A stretch of 63,607 nt of DNA, the filler included, from Choristocarpus tenellus KU-1152 (taxonomy: Eukaryota; Protista; Phaeophyceae): the NCBI GenBank assembly GCA_964200185.2. It is 11 parts of 11 records of this genome, joined end to end, with 100 filler letters (N's around TTAATTAATTAA, not from the genome) between each part and the next. Parts side by side here need not be neighbours in the genome. Positions count along the whole stretch, not along the records: positions 44,914 to 54,534 come from CAXNAD020003528.1; positions 54,635 to 59,657 come from CAXNAD020012134.1; positions 59,758 to 63,607 come from CAXNAD020017577.1; 8 more parts are not named here. One strand, given 5' to 3'. Shown piece after piece: positions 52,825 through 63,607 of this stretch; position 1 is the first letter of the stretch; every line of letters begins with the position of its first letter. Below the pieces are notes generated by a model. It worked only from the letters and a program-made list of their open reading frames with translations, was not told where the DNA came from and ran no database searches. A program made the position numbers and the translations under genes.

Positions 52825-54534
52825 CTATACCCCTCTCCATGTGAGTTATGTCGGAAGCATTGCGCAGGACTTCCTCGTCCACAACCAAACAAACCCCAGA
52901 ATCTTTTTCGATTATATACACAATGTGGAGGAGGTACAGGTGGGTAGGATCGTGGAAGAGCTACAAGCTTTCGTGTTCGCTCATGAAAAATAGCCCACAC
53001 ATTTACACAGGATAGAATGATGGCAGAATCTTCTATTCTTTGCAACAGGTGACCCCTTGTCATTTGAAGGACAGCTTGCTGCTGGCAAACCAAGTTGGGC
53101 AAGGAGATCGACATTATGAAACAGATCATTAGCAGCCCACACAAACAAACGATGGGTTTTGTCGCCCACACAACAAAGTGCAGGTAAGGTGCTCGAAAAG
53201 AAAAAAAGAAAAAATACAGTTACAAAACATGAGGTATTTTCTTTTCCACGTCTGTCATACAGCACTGCCGTTTTCACTGGAAAACGAACACACGAAATAG
53301 AACCTTATTTCCTTCCCTGCACAATCATTCCAATGGAATAAACACAAAAGAAAATATTGTATTATGTGGGTGTATGCATAAACAACATGCTTGCACTGCT
53401 GGCGATGTATAGGTTACGGATTTTGCTGGACTGGCAATTCTCCCCACAAATCGGAGATATACATCAACAAGATATTGCAGGGTCAGCAGGTCAGGATAAC
53501 GGTATGTGGTGTATCACTGACGGTATACACCAAACACCATCATATCATCATCGTTTATCTCATGGCCATACCGTACTGCTAACTAAACAGCAACTCCACT
53601 AAGATCCCCAACCATACGTAGCGCTCGACAGACACAATAGAAAATAATCATCCTGAAACCTGCCTCTCATCCCCCTACCCAATCATATCTTGAGTGAAGT
53701 ATCTTAGAGGGTACGATTTCTGCCCTGTTTGTCCATTTGGGGCTTGACTTCCCACTGGTTTTTAATAACATTTTACCTACTCCAAGATATTCCGGAGTAG
53801 GTAAAAGGTATACCTTACGAAAAGGTGTGTTCGGAACAAGGATATTGACACATACTAACAAATATGATAGCCAAAATTACATCAAAATCGCAACATTGGA
53901 TTTTGGCCCCCAAATGGACGCGGCTCTACCCTCTAAGATACTTTGACTCCTTTTGTCTTAGTAGTAGTAGTAGTAGTAGTAGAACCAGCAGGGGTTAGTA
54001 GTAGCAATAGTAACAGTACTAGTATATATAGTAGTATCATCATTCACCACTCGATAACGCTCTCGTCTTTATTGTATGCTCTGCTATACTGAACTTCTCC
54101 AAGTCCCACACAAGCAGGGGATTGGTTGAACATATGAACAACATCCACCTGGGCGACTCCCACCAACAAGAAGACCCTCCCCCATCACCATCACCATCAC
54201 CATCGCCATCGCCACGACCATCACCCCCCTCCCCTACTTCTCCTATCCCCTCCCACTGATCGAATCCCCTCATTGACACTACATCAGCAGCAGACTTGGT
54301 CATTCTGGGCGCATCAGCTTCTTTGTCCCTTCCACTGCGTGTAGTATCCACAACCTCTCCTCTCCTCGAGCCCTCTTGTGTCCCACGTTCCACTGGGGTC
54401 ACACTTCTACCAACCAGTGTCGCCGCATCAGAAACAAGTTCAACAAAATCTTCCTCCGATTCAAACAGGAACGGTCCAGATGACTCCAGCGCCAGGAGCA
54501 TACCCCCGTCAGATACAGCTCGAAGGGATGCTTC
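52825..54534 (-). CDS. Probable exons of an unidentified gene (54534-~54048; ~53083-52825)
   Basis: Long stop-free frames ending at G/GTGAAT and AG/GTTAAT donors; GD-repeat linker and WESPRWMLFICSTNPLLVWDLEKF; no recognised family, exon connection not established. Confidence 0.4.
53692..53949 (-). mobile_element. MITE family A
   Basis: GAGTGAAGTATCTTAGAGGGTA ... TACCCTCTAAGATACTTTGACTC, flanked by CTT/CTT. Confidence 0.9.
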
Positions 54535-55580
54535 NNNNNNNNNNNNNNNNNNNNNNNNNNNNNNNNNNNNNNNNNNNNTTAATTAATTAANNNNNNNNNN
54601 NNNNNNNNNNNNNNNNNNNNNNNNNNNNNNNNNNCCGTAACTGTCCGATAGAGTTGGAAGAGTCTAATCGAACAGATGTTCCTAGCACTTCGTTAACAGG
54701 TTGCAGATAAATCAAGGAAGGACAAAGATAGGTTGGTATACACATCAGGGTAGAAAAGGGTGTTAAAACATAGGCTACTCATCTGTTTGTTCCTTGTTAT
54801 GAAACAGTTCCACCAGTCAACACTGACTGTTGATTGATATGTCACGTTCTGGATGTTAATTTCACTAGCTCGTCATCACCACATCAACTACAATCAGAAC
54901 ACCTTTGTACAGAACAGTCGCTCTGCGTTCCACACTAATAGTATAGTATAGTACACGTCACTTGAGTTGCATCACATTTTGGTTCAATTTTGTTCTGCTG
55001 TTCTCTTGTTTGTTTTTCTTTCACTCTTTCTTATCAGCAGAAGACAGTTGTACGGTTGATGGTTGATTTTTATTTCTTCGCGACTGCCATTGATCCCTCA
55101 AATTGCACCAAGGCCACTCTGCAAACTGTGCACTGAACACACAAACGGATGTAATATAATCAGAGTTAAAACCATCCGCGGAAACCCTTGCCAGCCAAGG
55201 TAACAAGCCTCTCCACAAAGCATGGACTTCTTTCATTGAGTATCTCAGGAAAGAACACTGAATTCGCATCACATCATTCAGGATTGAGCAACCAAGAATA
55301 CTGAATTCACATCGCATCATTCTTGACTGAGATATCGATTACCTCAGTTACAACAGAATAAATACATCGATGCTTTGCTGCACAATCACACCTATCCAAA
55401 CATAGACTACGCATATCCCTCATTGGTGCTTTGCAACACCATGCTTTCTCATCGCTCGTAGTCTACGCACTTTGCTTACATGTACGATGCATTCGATTCA
55501 GGTTTCAACAAAGAAGGGTTGATTGCCCTGCTAGAGGTACAATCAAAGAGTTATAAGGGAACTAGTCGTAGAGTGGTTCT

Positions 55581-55815
55581 GAGTCCAAAGTATACGAGAG
55601 GTACCCACAAGGATGCCCGCAAATAGGTGCAAAATCATTTTTTTGTAGAAATGGATGTAGGATATTTTCCGCGTCAAACAACTGAGAAATTAACCCTGTC
55701 AAGTGAAACTTGGCACTTCATCCATAGAAATATGGGTGAATTACAATAGATCGAAAAACTGGCTTATAATGCAAAACGACCAAAAACTGGGTACCTCTCG
55801 TTTACCATGGCACTC
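55581..55815. mobile_element. MITE family C
   Basis: GAGTCCAAAGTATACGAGAGGTACCCA ... TGGGTACCTCTCGTTTACCATGGCACTC; flanks TCT/TGT. Confidence 0.75.
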
Positions 55816-56731
55816 TGTCACGGACATTGTTATCCCATGGCATCCATTGTAAAAATCAAATATCATTGGTCAGGGTAGGTAGAAGTTTGCCTTAGACGCC
55901 ACCAAAGTCATAAATTGAAGAACCAGGGCAACTAGAGGGCGAATAGGGAGGGGTAGATATGAACGGAGTCCTCGTAAATCATAATAACAATATACCCTCC
56001 TTTATTTACAAACTTCAATCCGCCTTGGTATATGTGGAGAAAAGATGCCGTTGAGGCCAACCTTTGGGGTGATTGCCAGTTGGATATCGCTTGAGAGTTA
56101 CGGTTGGGATAGACACAAGGTCTTTGTCAATCAGTGATAGACTCACTGCGTTGTTCCAGGTGCCAATATTCTTCGTCTCAAGTCATTCGTGAGGAAACCG
56201 AACAGTGAGTGCTCATCATAGAATGACACATAGTTGTATGCTTCGTGAAAGGGTCACATGTGGAGGATCCAATCCAGCAATTGGATGGGTACTAGGCATA
56301 GACAGCCTTTGAATGTCAAAACAGTTAGTCATAGATTTTATACCACTTTTGCTACAACCTGGGAAAATCCTTGGCATTAGAAAAAAACAAAACAAATATG
56401 TATATATACCAGATTTAGGTTACATTGTAGGTTGGGATAGTAGCTGGGGTGATTACCAGAGACATAAGAATTGGGGATAAGATCTAGATGGGATCAGCAA
56501 TAGATTTTGTTGTCCTTGCTACAAGCATTAACAACCGTTGGTGACAGTGAAAGAAATTGACAGCACAAGAACATCATATTGTGGCGAAGAGGGGGGGGGG
56601 GGGGGCCCGGGGGAAAAAGGGGGGGGGCGGGGGTGGGGGGGGGGGAAATTGGGGGAAGAGAGCCCAAAANNNNNNNNNNAAACAAAAAAAAAAGGGCAGG
56701 GGGGAGAAAAAGAAGAAAAAAAAAAACAGGA

Positions 56732-56774
<43 letters not shown>

Positions 56775-57227
56775 TGGAAAAAGAGTGGGGGCCGTGGTAG
56801 TAGGATGGGCAATTAGGCGTAGATAGCCCCAGAATCAAGTGTCCGGCCAAAAGGACTAGTTACAGCTCTCGCATTACTTTGCTTCCAAGGTGGGATATCC
56901 CATTGACTTTGGGGTGAAATTGCCAGAATAGGTCACATTGTAGGGTGTGATGGTAGCTGGGGTGATTGCCAAGAATGTCAGAATTGGGCCTACGGTGTAT
57001 TACAGGTTCAGTGGTATACTTGTCCTTGTTACAAGCATTAACAACCAGTGACCACAGTGAAAGAACAAATTGATAGGAGGAGCATGTTGTATGGTGGCCA
57101 ATAGCGGGATAATCGGTTCAAGTCAATCAGGGGGGAAATGACTCGTGGCAGAATAGTGTGGGTACAGAGATGTGTATATGCATCTGGTTTTAGTTGTGCT
57201 AAGTGAACAATAGTAATCCGTGCCGCT

Positions 57228-57485
57228 GAGTGAAAGTACTTTGGAGGGTACAAGTTTTTCCCTGTTTCTCCATTTAGGACTTGACTTCCTTCGGGTTTTC
57301 ATTACATTTTATGTACTCCAAAATGTTTCGCAGTATCTAAAATGTAGACGTTATGAAAAGGTGTGTTCGGAAAAAGGATATTGACACCTCCTAACAAGCA
57401 TGATCGCCAAAATTACATCAAAATTGCAACATTGGACTTTGGCCCCCAAATGGACGTGGCTCTACCCTCTAAGATAATTTGACTC
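57228..57485 (-). mobile_element. MITE family A
   Basis: Colinear with 53692-53949; flanks GCT/ACT. Confidence 0.85.
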
Positions 57486-57934
57486 ACTCGAAAAAGAAAG
57501 AGAGGGAGAGGGAGGGTGAAAGATGACCACTGTGATGCCACAAGAGTCTTGAGTAGGATCAGGGGTTGTAAATGGATATGTTTAGATTGTGGAAAGGACA
57601 CATATACACAATGCTATTTTACTCGATCTTGCAAAAAAATGGGGGTGGGGTGGGGGGGAGGAAGGGAGGAAGGGAGGAAGAGGAATAGTGGCAGTAGGGC
57701 CAATACACAGGGTGGATGTAAGTGAAAATGGGGTGATAATCGACTAGGAATAGTTCAACTGTTTAAGCTTGACCTCAGGGGCATCTAAGAGTAAAACGTA
57801 ACCTTCCTCATTCCACCCACATAGTATCATTACAAATTTCTCATATCCCAAACAGCTCACTGGAGCTGTTGCCATTGCGGGGCTGGGCCATGGGCCACTT
57901 CACACAAATATTAATTTTGAAAGGACCTGGTCTG

Positions 57935-58110
57935 GGTCTTAGCAAAACCACTTCTTGTCCGCATGCACCCAGTCATATAGATCATTGACTAATACCCCAC
58001 TTCCCCCCCTTCTGTGTGTGTGGGTGATGATGAAACCCACCCTGTTGGCCTTCTGCTGGTCTGAGAGGATTGGCTTGATCCACCACCTTCACCTTCTCGC
58101 GCCTGCACAG
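57935..58110 (-). pseudogene. Second, more decayed mariner transposase fragment
   Basis: WIKPILSDQQKANRVGFI...NDLYDWVHADKKWF, equivalent to WIKAKLKSWQKVWRMDFV...IHVDETWF in the 18198-19880 element. Confidence 0.65.
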
Positions 58111-58742
58111 ATCCTACAATGGGGCAAGGGAAACCTCAGGTTTGGCCGCCCATTTTCATAAGGATTTACAATGTACTGGTGGGACATCCCAAACATCAAG
58201 GATATTTGTACGGCGGCCACATCATCCCTCGTCACATCATAAAAGGTCAAGCCCGTGCAATCTGGCTGTCAAATTCCTTCAGATGACAGAGTATGTTGAT
58301 TCGGGAAATTCCAAAGTCCTCCGTGATGGTCGCCACCGTCCCCCAAGGTATCCAGGTCTCTCACTCTGTAACCTCTAGGCACCGCGCCATCACACTGTTC
58401 TTTGTCGGGGTGTTAGAGTCTGGACTCTGGATAGACTTCTGGGCCGAAGAATTGGGACCATCGAGTGACGACAGGATGAACAAGCTGCTCGAACGACAGG
58501 GGGCCTTCATCCAAAGCATCCCAATAAACACCCGCTTTGATATTTTGACGAGGTTCAAAAACCTCGTCAAATGTGACTTGGTTGACTGTGTACTGGAGAT
58601 TGTGCACAGTGATGACAACCCACCCTCTCAATCTTTGCATGCCTCCAAATCTATGTGAGAACTAAGCTTAATCCAAAGAGTTTATTGTGTGAGTCTTTCC
58701 TGAACGAGAACAGAGGTTGCAAAAGTTATGTTACCTTGAATT

Positions 58743-59000
58743 GAGTGAAAGTATCTTAGAGGGTACAAGTTTTGCCCGGTTTGTCCATTTGGGGTTTGGC
58801 TTCTCAGGATTTTTCTAACGACATTTTCCTACTCCAAAATGTTTCGGAGTAGGTAAAATGTATACGTTATGAAAATGTATTTCCGGAACAAGGATATTGA
58901 CACTTCCTAGCAAACACGATAGCCAAAATTACATCAAAATCGCAACATTGGATTTTGGCCCCCAATGGACGCGGCTCTACCCTGTAAGATACTTTGACTC
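58743..59000 (-). mobile_element. MITE family A
   Basis: GAGTGAAAGTATCTTAGAGGGTA ... TACCCTGTAAGATACTTTGACTC. Confidence 0.88.
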
Positions 59001-59637
59001 GGTACAATGGCATAACCTCGATTGTTTGGTATGAAAGAGTAGTCTGCACAGGAAGTAGTCATCAGGTATCTCTTGTCCAAAGTACGTTTTCTCTCTTGTG
59101 CATATGCGGTCACATAGAGAGATAGAGGAGTTTTTTTTTAAAGAAAACAATACAACATACTAATAGAAAAACTGACTGTGTTCTGTGTTACAGTAACACC
59201 TGGTAAGAGCAGGGAAATTTTTCAGGTGATTATTGATGTTGTGACAGCAAGACAGCCCAATCGGAAAGTTTTTTTTAGTTAAAGGAGCCTTCTCATTGGC
59301 CAGTCCTTTATTGTCGTCTCGAAATAATCCAATGGAAGTGCCTGAGGTGGTTCTGATAGCTATTTCTGAGACACCAATGAAGGTTCAACCAATTAGAAGA
59401 CTTGCTACAGGCGACTAGCACATGTACTGCTTCTCATGCTCTAGCAAGGGCAAGCGACAAGTGGGCGCATGGGCAGCCCAAGAGGGAATGCTCGATTCGC
59501 TTTAGTTGCAGTGCAAAAATCCGTAGCTTCTGAAAATTCAACATTTTCAGAAAACAAAATCATGGCACTCTCACCCACCTTTACAGTTTATGACAAATGC
59601 AAGTTGTACACTCTATACTGAGAATACCTATACCATT

Positions 59638-59657
59638 GATCCAAAGTATCTGGGGGG
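59638..59657. mobile_element. MITE family B terminus at contig break
   Basis: GATCCAAAGTATCTGGGGGG then gap. Confidence 0.55.
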
Positions 59658-59782
59658 NNNNNNNNNNNNNNNNNNNNNNNNNNNNNNNNNNNNNNNNNNN
59701 NTTAATTAATTAANNNNNNNNNNNNNNNNNNNNNNNNNNNNNNNNNNNNNNNNNNNNGGGGGGGGGGGGGGGAGGGGGGGGT

Positions 59783-59818
<36 letters not shown>

Positions 59819-60395
59819 GAATAAAATCAAAGCAACTGATGTTGTAGTGGAGTATGATGGAATGGAAAGGGAGACATACAATGCAAAAAGAAAGAGGGAA
59901 TATTCTATTATTTATTTGTAAAAACGGAAACTTCTACAAGAGGAACAACATTACTATTTCAGCAACAGTCCAATTATGTACAGATGATTTAAAAAAAACA
60001 CACCCTAAACTCACCACAGGGCAGACCCTCACAGATGCAACAAAAAGCATACCTCCTCTGTTCCGCATCAGCTCGAACAACTCACATAGCCCACCTCACA
60101 AACCATTCCAACCAATGCCGCACAGTGCAAGTATTTAAAAACCCTCCCATATCTCCCTTCAATCCACATAACCCACAACTGCCACATGTGCTTACGCTTA
60201 AAGACAGCATTCAAAGTCAGTCAAAACAGTGCCCCCTAACCAGGCCAAGAACATGCCACCCCCACCTGATCAGATCTAACAGTCATAACCTCGAGCTTCA
60301 ACCATCACCCCTCCAACACAGTGATCATAAGGCGGGCACCACTCCCCATCCCCAGCCCCTAACCTACAATGATAATAATACATCACAATACGCTT

Positions 60396-63365
60396 TCAGC
60401 ACGGGGGGCTACTACCCTGGGGGAGTGAGGGCGGCCGAGACAAGGTCAACAGCTTCATTATCGCCTGCTCCCATTCCTCTCTTAACCCTTCTTCCAAATC
60501 CTGACTCTTACCACCAAACCCCCAACCCACCCGTGGCCACCTCCACCTCCTCCGCCTCTCCAATTTTGGAACTCCGTCCCCACTCCCCTCAACCCCAATA
60601 TGCTCTTTTGTACATTCCTCCACTCCCTCCTCATACACCTCAGGATCGCCCCCACCATGCACAGTAGACCCTTCCTCCAGCAAAGCATCCTCCTCTCCTT
60701 TCACGTTCTCCTCTGCTCCCAAAACATCACCATTGACAACCATCCCACTCGCCCCCACTGCCTCACTGCCCTCAACCAACTCTCCCAGCACCTCAGTCTT
60801 CCCCTCCCCTTCCTCCGCAGTTACTGCCACCTCTCCCACAATACCTGACAACGCTCTCACATTTGAATAATCGTGCTCCCCAGCACCCACAAGTAAGGGT
60901 TCAACCTGCGACTCCAGAGCCTTCCCCATTGGTCGCATGGGCACTACTGTCCCCTCCTCCGTCACAGTCAGAGAGGACCCAGTCCCCTGCCCCGCAGGCG
61001 GTAGGTTGACTACAATACTCCTGCCACAGTGGATATGAAGGTGGGAGGTGAGGACAGAGGGTGTGGGAGTGTTTGAGGCAAGTGAGAAGGAGCTACAAGT
61101 ACCTCAGAACTTTTCTGCATATGTACACTGCAGTCAGCTTTGTACAAAGGGAAACAGGAAGCCTAGCCAGGAACATAACTATACCATTAAAGGTTTATAT
61201 GCCTAAAACCGAAGTGGGGAAGGGGAAACAAGGAGCAAAAAAATGCATGAAGGTGGGGGGCAAGTGTCCAAGGCAACAGAGCAATGGAGCAGGTTGCAGC
61301 GATGGCGTGTGGTGAGAGCATCAAAACATACTTCAAGAGATGTGATGTAGGGAAGGGCACTGCAGTAGTCGGTATAAGTCAAACATTGGAAAGTTGGCGG
61401 GATGCCACAACCAGGACTCAGGTCACAGCACTACAATGAAATCAGCTCTACAACACACTCAAGAGTGACCTATATACGAGACAAATCGAAAATGAGTGGG
61501 GGGAGAGTTGTATGACTTGTACTGCCTCAGTAAAGACCTTATCCAAAGCAACTATTCTTCCTATATAACAAAAAGCATAATCCCCACAATCGCCTCACAA
61601 TACCTTTGTGGAGTGACCGTGAAGGGCATGCTGAGAATACCTTAGGAGTCCACTAAAACAACGCAGTTTCAAGAGTGAGAAAACCAAAGCTCCCATGAAA
61701 AAAAAATGCTTTGCTTGTGTACCACTCTTCTCCCTTCTCAATGATCCTCACCCCCTTTTTACCACCATTTCTCGTTACATCTCTCTCATCTCCTAAATTA
61801 TAGTCAATCTCATCACCTTGTGCAGAAGGACAACTATCCCCACCCCCACGCCCCCTCTCATCCCCACCCCCTAATTCTACGTAAGTCTCCTGGCACAACT
61901 CAGAAGATACTTTTATTGTTATTAAAACGTGCTTTCATCTGCACATGTGAGCACGCCATTCCACATCAGGAAAACCTTTTCATGTGTACAATCGGTGTAG
62001 GTCACAACACAACTTTTTCAGTCCCAATATACACCATTAATAATATTAATAGATACATATCATATATCTATGAAGAAAACACTAACATCCCCTGCATGGT
62101 GAACACTAGCCAACTACATCAGTCACAGCTTTCACCACCATACCTCCAACCCCTCTCAAACCCCTTCTCAAACCCCTTCCCCCACCTTCCACACCATAGC
62201 AACCCCCAAACTCACACCCCCTCACACCTTGGCTCAGTCAAAGGCATGAGGCACCGGATAACAAGGTTTCGAAGGTGCTTTCGCAAAAGAGGAAGATTTG
62301 CCAGGTCCATCCCTGTCATTCCATCAAGGCTCACATGGGTCTTCGGGGGCTCAGCAAAGGAGAGCCACATTCGTCGCACCCGGGGGCGGCCTTGTCCTAT
62401 CTCTAAGGCAAACACCACCTTGGTGAGTGGGAAGGGAAGTAGGGAAGGCATGGGGGTTCCTTTGAGCTACTTTAAGATGGCACTCCTGCCAGTGGCACTA
62501 TCACATACCAGATAGGTCCAAGCCATACTCCAGAAAGTTGAGCATATTTGCAAATTGTCAAGAGAGACTGGCAACATCAATCAAAAACATGTGAACAACA
62601 CTTGATGCCTCCCCCTCCCCCTCCCCCAAGAGATTTTCCTATACCAATGCGGCTAGCATTCACACTGGCAGCTGCCTTGTCCATACTCCTCATCACCTTT
62701 GCCTGAATACCAAGATCGCAGACCTTGACCCGATAGCTTGGAACATAGCTCCTCACACTCCACCAATTACGCCTCCGCACAGGCTCACCCAATTTCAGAG
62801 AAACCTGAGAAAATCGCATGGAGAGAGGAAGCAGAATTGGAGTGAGGTGGACTTAGCAGATACACCAATGAGCCGCACTACTCAGTGTTAGTAAGTAAGA
62901 AGGGGAGGGGGTGTAACAATTTGTTCGCTTATATTTTTTTTAACTGTTCCCGTTTCGTAAAAAATGAAAAATATATATTTGGCGACAAGCGCCCCCCCCC
63001 ACCCACGCTGTGTAAAATTTCTTCAGAGCATCGCAACACCCATCACACACTTTTTATCAACACGTGCATCAATACCAAATGCACTTCACCATTGCACACA
63101 GGTGTCCAGGCTTACACGGGCAACCCCACTCACATTTGCTATCGCACAACACATTCCATTTAAAGTCTAAGCTCTAGTTTTTGGTCCTAGGGTTAGGGCG
63201 GAGGGGGAGGGGACCGGGAACTCACCTTGGACCGGGTGCTGGTCCAGTCCACGCCCGTCTCCACATACACTATGTGCTCCCCTGTCACATTGCTGCCCGG
63301 TCGTCCTACATCCTCCAGTACCTTATCGATGACCGCATTGGACTGGCCACTCTCTTGCCTTGTGG
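60396..63365 (-). CDS. SMP-domain (synaptotagmin/tricalbin-like lipid transfer) protein, 3' part; exons 63365-63226, 62804-62697, 62418-62228, 61020-60396
   Basis: In-phase GT-AG splicing gives VYVETGVDWTSTRSK/VSLKLG...YRVKVCDLGIQAK/VVFALEIGQGRPRVRRMWLSFAEPPKTHVSLDGMTGMDLANLPLLRKHLRNLVIRCLMPLTEPR/SIVVNL, the typical second half of an SMP domain, then an acidic tail. Confidence 0.72.
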
Positions 63366-63425
63366 CTAGCGAAGAAGTGTTCTGAACCGACACGTACCTT
63401 TTTTTTTTTCAAGTATATAAAGTAC

Positions 63426-63428
<3 letters not shown>

Positions 63429-63483
<55 letters not shown>
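63429..63483. repeat. (CA)n microsatellite
   Basis: ~27 uninterrupted AC units. Confidence 0.95.
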
Positions 63484-63484
<1 letters not shown>

Positions 63485-63607
63485 CGCCCGCACACAAAAA
63501 CATCGATACAAACATTGGGGGACAATAAAAAAAAATGTTTGTTCGTTTGTTTTGGGTTTGTTTTTTTTAATTGTCCCCTGTGGGTGTCGAAGGCGGACGG
63601 ACCACAC

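Noticed and set aside
4208-59757. Recurring palindromic TTAATTAATTAA as a biological repeat
   Set aside because: Always centred in exactly 44+44 Ns; it is an assembly concatenation linker
1-63607. A chromatin or chaperone gene cluster (RPAP3, SMC, SWC6)
   Set aside because: The genes are on different contigs joined artificially, so linkage cannot be inferred
1-63607. Fanzor/TnpB or other RNA-guided nuclease associated with the mariner or MITEs
   Set aside because: No RuvC or zinc-ribbon motif found; the transposase fills nearly the whole 1.7-kb mariner

Overview
This window is not one locus. It is 11 short eukaryotic contigs joined by ten artificial 100-bp linkers (N44-TTAATTAATTAA-N44, stops in all six frames), so adjacency across linkers means nothing. 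The DNA is intron-rich and repeat-rich. Gene style, TTAGGG-like motifs and the transposon types fit a stramenopile such as a brown alga, but that is inference. By hand-splicing GT-AG exons I recovered: an RPAP3/Spaghetti-like TPR gene head-to-head with a RING-finger gene; the last exon of GUF1/LepA; about 10 kb of a divergent SMC-family gene with a degenerate hinge glycine motif; three exons of SWC6/ZNHIT1; the 3' half of an SMP lipid-transfer-domain gene; and a novel-looking protein with acidic 32-aa repeats followed by basic 11-aa S-P-R repeats. Mobile DNA includes a complete but dead mariner (TIRs, TA target duplication, DD40D spacing), Copia gag, mariner and non-LTR remnants, a foldback element, and three ~200-265 bp MITE families sharing a CAAAGTA(TCT) terminal core. 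One of these families sits at 8 contig ends. No rRNA, tRNA, CRISPR array or prokaryotic system is supportable. Most ORFs in the six-frame track are spurious or are exon fragments.
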